Positions 21,934-32,500 of a stretch of DNA of 64,000 nt are shown in pieces. Position 1 is the first letter of the stretch. The number at the start of each line of letters is the position of its first letter. The translations under genes and the position numbers were made by a program. This stretch comes from Escherichia phage teqsoen, in the sequence record MN895436.1; one strand, written 5' to 3'. The notes beneath the pieces were generated by a model. The model ran no database searches. It had not been told where the DNA came from and saw only the letters and a program-made list of their open reading frames with translations.

Positions 21934-22250
21934 AAGTCCTCAACTTGAAAATCGTCTTTAAACACTCGGTTAACTATATGAGCTATTATATCACCATGAC
22001 ACGGCTTTGGTTTACATGTGCATCCTAGCCTCATTCCACGTAAAGGCTCTAAATGTGCTTTAGTTATTTCTCCGGATTTAATTCGACGTATAAAATCTTT
22101 TTTGAATAATTCAATGGCAGCCTCCCGGCTGCCAGCATCTTTACCGACGTAATTTCCCCAAAATGTACCGCGGTGAATATTAACATCAAAGTCGGATTTG
22201 TATTTATTCACTACCCGGCATAGACGGCCCACGCTGGAATAATTCGTCAT
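21924..22250 (-). CDS. Hypothetical protein with C-terminal Cys/His motif (108 aa)
   Basis: Motif [13 protein letters not shown] near C-terminus. Confidence 0.5.
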
Positions 22251-22467
22251 ATTGTTTTTCCGTTAAAACAGTAATATCGTAGTAACAGTCAGAAGAAGTT
22301 TTAACTGTGGAAATTTTATTATCAAAATACTCACGAGTCATTTTATGAGTATAGTATTTTTTACCATAAATGGTAATAGGCTGTTCTGGTCCTGGAACTT
22401 CTAACTCGCTTGGGTTAGGAAGTGTAAAAAGAACAACGCCAGAAGTATCTTTAAATCGTAAAATCAT
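22204..22467 (-). CDS. Hypothetical protein (87 aa)
   Basis: ORF between td and nrdA, overlapping both neighbours. Confidence 0.45.
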
Positions 22468-23324
22468 ATTGCCATTTTCCCTTTAATTGCTGGATGCGAT
22501 TCATAATTTTCAAGGATAAAATCTTTCGGTTTCATGTATTCAGTTAACCAGTAAAGCTGTGTTTCGGTGTCACAATTTCCAAACTCTATAGGCCAATCAA
22601 TTTTAAGTTCACATAGTTCTTTAGGCTCACGACGTAAAATTTCTTTACATTGCTCAGTATGATTCATATAGATGTGAGTATTACCACCAGAAAATATCAA
22701 ATCTCCTGGGATAAGATTACACATCTTAGCCACAATATGCGTCAAGGCAGCGTACGAGGCAATGTTGAATGGCAAGCCCAAGAAAACATCTACACTTCTT
22801 TGGTACCATTGTAAATCAAGATAACCATTACGCACATTAAACTGATAGAACATATGACAGGGCGGTAATGCCATTTGATTGATTTCAGCTGGATTCCATG
22901 CTGAAACGATTTGACGTCGATCAGTTGGTAATTTTTTAATACGATCAATAGTTTCAACTAATTGATCCACACCACCGAAATCACGCCATTGTTTACCGTA
23001 TATAGGACCAAGTTCACCACTATGATATCCTAGGTCTTTAGCCTGGTTTTCATAGTTATCGTCCCAAATAGTTTTACCTTGAATAAGACTACCATGAGTG
23101 CGAAGACGTAAATCATTAACATTGGTAGAACCGGAAATAAACCATAGAAGCTCAGCAATGCATGCATTCCAGGCGAGCTTTTTAGTTGTTACTGCAGGAA
23201 AACCTTTAGTTAAATCCCAGCGTAATTTAGTACCGAACAAAGCAATTGTTCCTGTGCCTGTTCGGTCATCGGTTTCATAACCATTTTCAAAAATGTCTTT
23301 AATTAAATCTTGGTATTGTTTCAT
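22464..23324 (-). CDS. td: Thymidylate synthase, uninterrupted
   Basis: 286 aa continuous ORF; active-site [10 protein letters not shown]. Confidence 0.95.
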
Positions 23325-23372
23325 TTAGTACCTTATATAAATTATAATACATTTTATGAAGCTAATAATCAA

Positions 23373-23720
23373 TCAATACGGTTTAGCAACAAATTTTCTC
23401 TCAATTTCAGGTGTGAAATACAATTCTTTACCACGTTTGGAAAAGCGACCAATAATATGATAATTATTCTCATCAAACGTAATATTACCAATATCCATAG
23501 CTTTCAACCAAATATCGATATTTCTATCCAGCTTTATGTCAAAATTCCAATACGGAGAACTATTACCGAAAATACTACAAGCGGATTCAGTGAAACAACT
23601 GCTATAAATCTTGTCTTTAGGAACTACTAATTGATAGACACCTTTAATAAACTGAGGACCTTGCCATTTTGGCTGTTTCACGTCTTTTTCTAATAGAATA
23701 GGGTAATAATTAAAATTCAT
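23373..23720 (-). CDS. Hypothetical protein (115 aa from first ATG) inserted between frd and td
   Basis: Track ORF starts at GTG; ATG at M5; no recognisable motif; lies where T4 frd and td are recalled to be adjacent. Confidence 0.5.
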   Translation of the reverse strand: MNFNYYPILLEKDVKQPKWQGPQFIKGVYQLVVPKDKIYSSCFTESACSIFGNSSPYWNFDIKLDRNIDIWLKAMDIGNITFDENNYHIIGRFSKRGKELYFTPEIERKFVAKPY

Positions 23721-23740
23721 ATTTTCCGCCACGCGTTATT

Positions 23741-24567
<827 letters not shown>

Positions 24568-24578
24568 ATTATCTCCTA

Positions 24579-24911
24579 TTAAAAAGGATCAGGAACATAT
24601 CCGCTAGCTTTAATCATTTTAATTAACGTTAACATTCCTTTGTTAACTGCTCGTGAGATTTCATCAAAAACTTCATCACTAAAAAGTTCTAACACGCCCT
24701 TCTGAACTTTTAATTTACAGCCAACAATTTCTTCATCGCCTATAGTAAATTCATTACCACCAATTCCACCGAAAAACTTAATTACACCAGTTAACTGTCT
24801 TCCACGAGAATATGGGTCGTGTGATAAAGTAATATGAGTCACCCCGGGTACAGTTTTAAATTGGCAGCGAATGTTTACTTGGGAAATTCCAGTTACATGA
24901 ATATCAGACAT
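24579..24911 (-). CDS. Hypothetical protein (110 aa)
   Basis: ORF in 32-frd interval. Confidence 0.45.
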   Translation of the reverse strand: MSDIHVTGISQVNIRCQFKTVPGVTHITLSHDPYSRGRQLTGVIKFFGGIGGNEFTIGDEEIVGCKLKVQKGVLELFSDEVFDEISRAVNKGMLTLIKMIKASGYVPDPF

Positions 24912-24921
24912 AATATTTTCC

Positions 24922-25164
24922 TCAAACAGACTTTTTCACAATTTTCCAATCAGCTTTAAACTGTTCAACGTCAGAATGGTAAATCCAGAATCCTGCGCTT
25001 TCTCCATCCTCATAAAGAGGGCATCCATCACATTCATCTTCCCATCCCATATCACGCAAAAGACGTTCAGCTTTTTCAACAAGTTCAGAATCTTTACCAA
25101 TAATATTAAAATACCATTTACCTCTAACTTCTGAATCTTTGATACTCTGACGTTGTAATCTCAT
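24922..25164 (-). CDS. Hypothetical protein (80 aa from SD-associated ATG)
   Basis: Track ORF trimmed to M20 with AAGGAGAATAAA SD; promoter 25190-25219. Confidence 0.45.
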   Translation of the reverse strand: MRLQRQSIKDSEVRGKWYFNIIGKDSELVEKAERLLRDMGWEDECDGCPLYEDGESAGFWIYHSDVEQFKADWKIVKKSV

Positions 25165-25189
25165 TTTATTCTCCTTAGTTGATAAGGCT

Positions 25190-25219
25190 ATAGTATCACT
25201 ACCATAGCCTGTTGTAAAC
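25190..25219 (-). promoter_or_regulatory. Early promoter candidate (-35 TTTACA, -10 TACTAT-like)
   Basis: Minus-strand TTTACA with 17-18 bp spacer to TACTATAG; inverted repeat aggctat/atagcct flanks -10. Confidence 0.45.
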
Positions 25220-25221
25220 AA

Positions 25222-25515
25222 TTATTTTTGAATTTTATCGAGCCACTTACCAAGCTTAATCATTTCTTTAGTAGCCTTTTCCATACTTCTGAACTTAACC
25301 AATAGAGGATAGGTATCGACACCCATAACTAAACTGGTTACAAGACTGTGTTCACCCACAAGCCATAACGAATACGTTTGAATATCGAGCCCGTAATTTC
25401 TGTCTTTGTGGACCCGTACACCCATCACTTCAAATTTCTCACTAGCTTTTTCTACCGCATCCAGGAAATCATCTTTAGTCATATTAGGCCTTAAAAGTTT
25501 TTCGCAAAAGTTCAA
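25222..25515 (-). CDS. Hypothetical protein (97 aa)
   Basis: ORF in 32-frd interval. Confidence 0.45.
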   Translation of the reverse strand: MNFCEKLLRPNMTKDDFLDAVEKASEKFEVMGVRVHKDRNYGLDIQTYSLWLVGEHSLVTSLVMGVDTYPLLVKFRSMEKATKEMIKLGKWLDKIQK

Positions 25516-25849
25516 TGATTTCGTCTACATTGTTTTCATCTACAATGCAGTGAATTTTTGTTACGCCAGAAACTTTGTCTTTGACTTCATCTTCTTCAGA
25601 AGTCGGTTCTTTATACTCGCGAAAACAATGAAATTCGTCTTCACAAACGTTAAAGTAAAAATGCTTTCCATTTGCGCATTCAATGTGTTTTATTACTCTA
25701 AATCCATCAACAAAGAAAGCTTCTTTAACTTCAAACCATCCGCCATTATCTCGAATAGCTTTAACGATTGATGAATTAGAACGTGGGCGATAATTAATAA
25801 ATGTATCAATAAGTCTTGGAACAAGTTCATACTTTTTGCCAATATACAT
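25484..25849 (-). CDS. Hypothetical protein (121 aa)
   Basis: ORF in 32-frd interval; several Cys/His residues. Confidence 0.45.
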   Translation of the reverse strand: MYIGKKYELVPRLIDTFINYRPRSNSSIVKAIRDNGGWFEVKEAFFVDGFRVIKHIECANGKHFYFNVCEDEFHCFREYKEPTSEEDEVKDKVSGVTKIHCIVDENNVDEIIELLRKTFKA

Positions 25850-25893
25850 TACGGTTTCCTCATTTTGATAGGGGCTTGATAGCCCCTTGATAA

Positions 25894-26121
25894 TTATTGT
25901 TCAATCAGTCCCATGTAAAATTCTGCGTCTTCGGCATCCATGCCATCACAATATTCATTAGCCATAAAGCGGGTGAGGTCTTCAAGAGGACCTTCAATAA
26001 CGATTTGAATACTCCAAAACTTAGAATCTTGCACGCTTGTGATACTAAGTTCAGGATAACGATTACGAATAATCTCTTCAATATATTCAAAATCAACGAT
26101 GTCAATATCAACTTTAGCCAT
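25894..26121 (-). CDS. Hypothetical protein (75 aa from SD-associated ATG)
   Basis: Track ORF trimmed to M22 (MAKVDIDI) with AAGAGGAAAA SD downstream of promoter 26165-26193. Confidence 0.45.
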   Translation of the reverse strand: MAKVDIDIVDFEYIEEIIRNRYPELSITSVQDSKFWSIQIVIEGPLEDLTRFMANEYCDGMDAEDAEFYMGLIEQ

Positions 26122-26164
26122 ATTATTTTCCTCTTTAATCATCAGCAGTATTGCCGATAGTTGT

Positions 26165-26193
26165 ATAGTACCATGGAAGGACAAGGATGTAAA
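26165..26193 (-). promoter_or_regulatory. Early promoter (-35 TTTACA, TGG-extended -10 TACTAT)
   Basis: Conserved module ...GTTTACA(17)tggTACTATAcaactatc... shared with 43403, 46543, 47049. Confidence 0.5.
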
Positions 26194-26214
26194 CCGTTTT
26201 GTGAAAAAATTTTT

Positions 26215-26244
26215 GAAATAAAAAAGGGGACCCTAGAGGTCCCC
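26215..26244 (-). terminator. Intrinsic terminator after gene 32
   Basis: Hairpin ggggaccctagaggtcccc with minus-strand U-tract (plus aaaataaaaaag). Confidence 0.6.
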
Positions 26245-26266
26245 AATTAATTAGTAATATAATCTA

Positions 26267-27175
26267 TTAAAGGTCATTCAAAAGGTCATCTAGGTCCGTG
26301 TCATCAGCACTAGATGAACTGCCAGAGCTTGAGCTCATAAAATCATCTTCAGTTTTTGTATTGAAGTCATCAACATTGAATGCATCCAAATCATCAGCAA
26401 CTTTATCAGCTTTCTTAGCAGCAGTTGCAGCGGCACCGCCCATCACAGCAGTTCCCATGACTTGACCGAATTTAGTGCTCAGTTCTTCAAACGATTTGAA
26501 TTTATCTTTAGAAGTCATTTCAGAAAGGTCAACCATTTGTTCGAACAGTTCTTTCTGGAAAGATTCATCGTCAATGTTTGGAATCGCAGATTGATTCAGG
26601 AATTTAGATTCATCGTAGTTACTAAATCCAGAAACCTGTTTAACTTTCAGTACAAAGTTAGCGCCTTCCCACGGACAAGTTACATCAACCGGAGTTTCAC
26701 CCATTTCAACATCAACCGCAATCATCGCGTTGATTTTATCCCAGATTTTCTTACCGAAACGATATTTAAATACTTTACCTTCATTTTCTGGAGCAGCTGG
26801 GTCTTTTACTACAAGAATGTTAGCCCAGTAAGAAGTTTTACGTTTAACAAGACTGTACTCTTTATTGTCAGTGTTGTACAAATCATTTTTACTGATGTAC
26901 TGACATACTGGACAAGAATCGTAATCACCGTGGGTAGATGAGCAATTTTCGATATACCATTTACCGTTTTTCTTGAAACCGTGATTTACAAGAATTGCGA
27001 ATGGTGCTTGTTCATCATTTTTAGACGGAAGAAAACGAATTACTGCTTGACCGTTACCCGCATTGTCGAGTTTCAGTTTCCACTCGCCTTTATCTTCAGA
27101 AGAAAAACCACCTTTATTTCCAGCCAGTTTAGCCATTTGTGCAGCGAGTTCAGCAGTAGATTTACGTTTAAACAT
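26267..27175 (-). CDS. 32: Single-stranded DNA-binding protein gp32
   Basis: 302 aa; N-terminus [37 protein letters not shown] and acidic C-terminal tail [21 protein letters not shown]. Confidence 0.97.
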   Translation of the reverse strand: MFKRKSTAELAAQMAKLAGNKGGFSSEDKGEWKLKLDNAGNGQAVIRFLPSKNDEQAPFAILVNHGFKKNGKWYIENCSSTHGDYDSCPVCQYISKNDLYNTDNKEYSLVKRKTSYWANILVVKDPAAPENEGKVFKYRFGKKIWDKINAMIAVDVEMGETPVDVTCPWEGANFVLKVKQVSGFSNYDESKFLNQSAIPNIDDESFQKELFEQMVDLSEMTSKDKFKSFEELSTKFGQVMGTAVMGGAAATAAKKADKVADDLDAFNVDDFNTKTEDDFMSSSSGSSSSADDTDLDDLLNDL

Positions 27176-27250
27176 TTTTATTTCCTTTTTAATTTAATTA
27201 ACAGTTGGTGCTATGACGATGTATGACCTCATAGCTGGTCAGTGAGATAA

Positions 27251-27274
27251 TTATAATCTATTTATAATAAGCAA
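27251..27274 (-). promoter_or_regulatory. Gene 32 promoter region (late TATAAATA overlapping MotA-box-like TTGCTTA)
   Basis: Minus-strand TATAAATA at 27259-27266 and TTGCTTA at 27268-27274 upstream of gene 32. Confidence 0.5.
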
Positions 27275-27928
27275 TTAATACTTGCAAGATTTCACAGTTT
27301 CAATAAAAACTTTTTTAGCTTCCTGTGAATCAATATTTAAAATTTTTCTATAAGCCTTTAACTTTATAGAATAATTATTCCAGACTAAATTATCAGTCTG
27401 TTCATCATGTTTATCAATTATATTTAAAAACGAATCAAGCAAGATAAACGTTTCAAACGAAATTATGTTCGATTGCAGAAGTTTAAAAATATAACTTGAC
27501 TGAACCTTTGGATTATATTCAAAGATTTCTTTAAAAGCAGAAACTTCAACTTTTTTACTAAAATAATAAATGTTGCGAATATCTTCTTCAAACTTAAATT
27601 TAATTTGCTTTAAGCGTCCGATATATTCACGATAAAACACAAGTGCATCAGCGTCAGAGATGTCGCCAATCCAAGCATCTTGGTTAGCAACCAAATTACT
27701 TATAAAGATTAAAGCAAGTTCCTTTAATTTATATTTTTCTGATAACTTCTGAAAAAAATACTTATCCCTTCGCTTTTGATAAGCGGCATCAGACACCCGC
27801 ATGCACCAATTATACTTAATAACATCATACTTTCCATTCATATGTTGTTTTATCATTAAGTATAATTTATAAACTGATTTACCATCAATGTATCTTTCAC
27901 CACCAGCAGGCATGCGGAGTTTAATCAT
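27275..27928 (-). CDS. 59: Helicase loader gp59
   Basis: 217 aa; N-terminus MIKLRMPAGGERYIDGKSVYKLYLMIKQHMNGKYD. Confidence 0.92.
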   Translation of the reverse strand: MIKLRMPAGGERYIDGKSVYKLYLMIKQHMNGKYDVIKYNWCMRVSDAAYQKRRDKYFFQKLSEKYKLKELALIFISNLVANQDAWIGDISDADALVFYREYIGRLKQIKFKFEEDIRNIYYFSKKVEVSAFKEIFEYNPKVQSSYIFKLLQSNIISFETFILLDSFLNIIDKHDEQTDNLVWNNYSIKLKAYRKILNIDSQEAKKVFIETVKSCKY

Positions 27929-28263
27929 AGCAGAAAATCTAATGTATTAGTTTTTTCACAACGAACAACAGAAGGACGTAAAAGATTTTCGTCAATAGCT
28001 TCCGACTGAATTTTTTCAATTATACCCGAAGGAATAAATTTAGCAAATTGAGTTTCAGGAATAGAATTTTCTTCCAAGAATGCTGTCGTAGCTTCAAGAT
28101 AACTCATTCCAAACTCTTCTACCATTTTTTCAATAATAAATCCATTTTCTTGACGATCAAGAAGCTTTGCAATTTCATCCTTTTCTTTCTTGATTGAAAG
28201 TTCTTTTTCTGAAAGCCCGGCCTCATCGACCGGGCGAATATCATTTAGAGAAAACTGTGTCAT
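27925..28263 (-). CDS. 33: Late transcription co-activator gp33
   Basis: 112 aa from ATG at MTQFSLNDIRPVDE; track start is TTG three codons upstream. Confidence 0.85.
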   Translation of the reverse strand: MTQFSLNDIRPVDEAGLSEKELSIKKEKDEIAKLLDRQENGFIIEKMVEEFGMSYLEATTAFLEENSIPETQFAKFIPSGIIEKIQSEAIDENLLRPSVVRCEKTNTLDFLL

Positions 28264-28510
28264 AAAGTTCAACTACCTCTTCAGTTTCAGCTTCAAACAC
28301 ATCACGGTTATCTTTATGATACAAAGCTAATAGACGATTAAACATCTTACCATCAACACCAAGTTCATCTTTGGCACGAATTCGAATATCTTTAATCAGT
28401 TCATTATAACCGGAAATTTTCAGTTTATGATCAGATGCTTCTTTAATAAATTTAGCCAAGTCTTCGCCATGGATAGCTTCATCAAATTCAACCATTTCTT
28501 TTTTAGCCAT
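28241..28510 (-). CDS. dsbA: dsDNA-binding protein DsbA
   Basis: 89-aa ORF between rnh and gene 33 as in T4. Confidence 0.75.
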   Translation of the reverse strand: MAKKEMVEFDEAIHGEDLAKFIKEASDHKLKISGYNELIKDIRIRAKDELGVDGKMFNRLLALYHKDNRDVFEAETEEVVELYDTVFSK

Positions 28511-28518
28511 TATTCACC

Positions 28519-29436
28519 TCAAAATTCATTAATGCTATTAGTTAATTTAGAAAGACCCGCTTTTACAAAATATGAATAAATTTTGCCACGCGGTGGTAAT
28601 TTATATGAATTATAGTAATTCACAATGTTTGAAGCAATATTATCAGGAATATAATCAAAATCAATTAGAACTAAATTTTCTTTATAACGATTATATTCAG
28701 ATTCTGTGAGAAGCACCTTAGCTTGCTCACGGTCATTAGCAATAGCTTCAACGATTGAAGTTTTCATTGAAGGAGTTCGTTCACCTTCAACTCTGGTAAA
28801 CCAAAAGTCAGATCGTACTTTAACTGAAGCAACGTTATCCTTTTTGTCGCCTTTAAGGATTTTAGTCATACAGTCAATTTCAGCAGAACCGCTTTTAATT
28901 TTAACCCATTTCTTATGCATCGGTGACCATTGCTTAACATTTGGGTATTTGTGAAGCTGTGTAAAGTCACCATCCGATGAAATGATTAAAATCTTGTGTC
29001 CTTCTAAAGAGAACTTTTTAACAAGAACAGCAATGTGGTCATCTGCTTCATACTTATCAATATCCATAACAATGTATGGCATATAAGCTTTCAATTCATC
29101 TATAACTTTATGACTGGATTCAAAATAACCTTCCCAGTCCCAAGTCGATTCTTCTCGTGCTTTTCCACGGTTTTTCTTATAATAATAAGCAAAATCACGG
29201 CGCCAGTATCCAGATTTCGCGTTATCAATACACAGTACAATTTTAGTGTATCCAAGCGTTTTTGCTTTTTTGACATTAAACTTAATTGAGTTCAATATCA
29301 AATGACGAACCATTGATAAATTAATTTTTTCTTTATCTGGGAAGTTTACTAAAGCAGTTGAAAGCGCAATTTGACTAAAGTCAATAAAGCAAATTCCTTC
29401 TTTGTAATCTTCATCCAGCATCATTTCTAAATCCAT
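28519..29436 (-). CDS. rnh: RNase H (5'-3' exonuclease/flap endonuclease)
   Basis: 305 aa from ATG at MDLEMMLDEDYKEGICFIDFSQIALSTALVNF; track start is TTG. Confidence 0.92.
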   Translation of the reverse strand: MDLEMMLDEDYKEGICFIDFSQIALSTALVNFPDKEKINLSMVRHLILNSIKFNVKKAKTLGYTKIVLCIDNAKSGYWRRDFAYYYKKNRGKAREESTWDWEGYFESSHKVIDELKAYMPYIVMDIDKYEADDHIAVLVKKFSLEGHKILIISSDGDFTQLHKYPNVKQWSPMHKKWVKIKSGSAEIDCMTKILKGDKKDNVASVKVRSDFWFTRVEGERTPSMKTSIVEAIANDREQAKVLLTESEYNRYKENLVLIDFDYIPDNIASNIVNYYNSYKLPPRGKIYSYFVKAGLSKLTNSINEF

Positions 29437-29498
29437 ATGAACCTCGTTCAATTAGTGAGATTTCTATTATATACCATCCAAATCTTAAAGTAAACAAG

Positions 29499-29506
29499 TA
29501 TAAATA
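29499..29506 (+). promoter_or_regulatory. Late promoter TATAAATA for gene 34
   Basis: gTATAAATAc about 35 bp upstream of gene 34 ATG. Confidence 0.6.
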
Positions 29507-29540
29507 CTTATTATTGAAAACACAATAGGAGCCCGGGAGA

Positions 29541-32500
29541 ATGGCCGAGATTAAAAGAAAGTTCAGAGCAGAAGACGGTCTGGACGCAGGTGGTGATAAA
29601 ATAATCAACGTAGCTTTAGCTGATCGTACCGTAGGAACTGACGGTGTTAACGTTGATTACTTAATTCAAGAAAACACAGTTCAACAATACGATCCAACTC
29701 GTGGATATTTAAAAGATTTTGTAATCATTTATGATAACCGCTTTTGGGCTGCTATAAATGATATTCCAAAACCGGCAGGAGCTTTTAATAGCGGACGCTG
29801 GAGAGCATTACGTACCGATGCTAACTGGATTACGGTTTCATCTGGTTCATATCAATTAAAATCTGGTGAAGCTATTTCAGTTAACACCGCAGCTGGTAAT
29901 GATATTACATTTACTTTACCATCTACCCCAATTGATGGTGATACTATCGTTCTCCAAGATATTGGAGGAAAACCTGGAGTTAACCAAGTTTTAATTGTAG
30001 CTCCGGTGCAAAGTATTGTAAACTTCAGAGGTCAACAAGTACGTTCAGTACTAATGACTCATCCAAAGTCACAGCTAGTTTTAATTTTTAGTAATCGTCT
30101 GTGGCAAATGTATGTTGCTGATTATAGCAGAGAAGCTGTAGTTGTAACACCAGCGAATACTTATCAAGCACAATCAAACGATTTTATCGTACGTAGATTT
30201 ACTTCTGCTGCACCAATTAATGTTAAACTTCCAAGATTTGCTAATCATGGCGATATTATTAATTTCGTTGATTTAGATAAACTGAATCCACTTTATCATA
30301 CAATTGTTACTACATACGATGAAACGACTTCAGTACAAGAAGTTGGAACTCATTCCATTGAAGGCCGTACATCAATTGACGGTTTCTTGATGTTTGATGA
30401 TAATGAGAAATTGTGGAGATTGTTTGACGGGGATAGTAAAGCACGTTTACGCATTATAACGACTAATTCTAATATTCGTCCAAACGAAGAAGTTATGGTA
30501 TTTGGTGCGAATAACGGAACAACCCAAACAATTGAGCTTCAGCTTCCTACTGATATCTCTGTTGGTGATACTGTTAAAATTTCCATGAATTACATGAGAA
30601 AAGGACAAACAGTTAAAATCAAAGCTGCGGGCGAAGATAAAATTGCTTCTTCAGTTCAATTGCTGCAATTCCCAAAACGTTCAGAATATCCGCCTGAAAC
30701 TAAATGGGTAACTGTTCAAGAATTAGTTTTTAACGGTGAAACTAATTATGTTCCAGTTTTACAGCTTGCTTATATAGAAGATTCTGATGGAAAATACTGG
30801 GTTGTACAGCAAAACGTTCCAACTGTAGAAAGAGTAGACTCTTTAAATGATTCTACTAGAGCAAGATTAGGCGTAATTGCTTTAGCTACACAGGCTCAAG
30901 CTAACGTCGATTTAGAAAATTCTCCACAAAAAGAATTAGCAATTACTCCAGAAACATTAGCTAACCGTACTGCTACAGAAACTCGTAGAGGTATCGCAAG
31001 AATAGCAACTACTGCTCAAGTGAATCAGAACACCACATTCTCTTTTGCAGATGACCTTATCATCACTCCTAAAAAGCTGAATGAAAGAACTGCTACAGAA
31101 ACTCGCAGAGGTGTCGCAGAAATTGCTACGCAGCAAGAAACTAATACAGGTACTGATGACACTACAATCATTACTCCTAAAAAGCTTCAAGCTCGCCAAG
31201 GTTCTGAATCATTATCTGGTATTGTAACTTTTGTATCTACTACAGGTGCTACTCCAGCTTCTAGCCGTGAATTAAATGGTACGAATGTTTATAATAAAAA
31301 CACTAATAATTTAGTTGTTTCACCTAAAGCTTTGGATCAGTATAAAGCTACGCCTACTCAACAGGGTGCAGTAATTTTAGCAGTTGAAAGTGAAGTAATT
31401 GCTGGACAAAGTCAAGAAGGATGGGCAAATGCTGTTGTAACGCCAGAAACGTTACATAAAAAGACATCAACTGATGGAAGAATTGGTTTAATTGAAATTG
31501 CTACGCAAAGTGAAGTTAATACAGGAACTGATTATACTCGTGCAGTCACTCCTAAAACTTTAAATGACCGTAGAGCAACTGAAAGTTTAAGTGGTATAGC
31601 TGAAATTGCTACACAAGTTGAATTCGACGCAGGCGTCGACGATACTCGTATCTCTACACCATTAAAAATTAAAACCAGATTTAATAGTACTGATCGTACT
31701 TCTGTTGTTGCTCTATCTGGATTAGTTGAATCAGGAACTCTCTGGGACCATTATACCCTTAATATTCTTGAAGCAAATGAGACGCAACGTGGTACACTTC
31801 GTGTAGCTACACAAGTTGAAGCTGTTGCAGGAACATTAGATAATGTTTTAATAACTCCTAAAAAGCTTTTAGGTACTAAATCTACCGAATCGCAAGAAGG
31901 TGTTATTAAAGTTGCAACTCAAGCTGAAACCGTAGCTGGAACATCAGCAAATACTGCTGTATCTCCAAAAAATTTAAAATGGATTGTGCAGAGTGAACCT
32001 ACCTGGGCAGCTACTACTGCGGTAAGAGGTTTTGTTAAAACTTCATCTGGTTCAATTACGTTCGTTGGTAATGATACAGTCGGTTCTACCCAAGATTTAG
32101 AACTGTATGAGAAAAATAGCTATGCAATATCACCATATGAATTAAACCGTGTATTAGCAAATTATTTACCGTTAAAAGCAAAAGCTGCAGATAGTAATTT
32201 ATTGGATGGTCTAGATTCATCTCAGTTCATTCGTAGGGATATTGCACAGACGGTTAATGGTTCACTAACCTTAACCCAACAAACGAATCTGAGTGCCCCT
32301 CTTGTATCATCTAGTACTGCTACGTTTGGTGGTTCAGTTTCGGCAAATAGTACATTAACTATTTCTAATACTGGAACGGCAACTCGTCTGATTTTTGAGA
32401 AAGGACCTCAAACTGGAACTAACCCAGCGCAGACGATGACTATCAGAGTTTGGGGAAATCAGTTTGGTGGCGGATCAGATACAACACGTTCTACTGTATT

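Noticed and set aside
22464-23324. Group I intron and homing endonuclease in td (and nrdB)
   Set aside because: Both genes are continuous ORFs of full length; no interrupting sequence or endonuclease ORF present.
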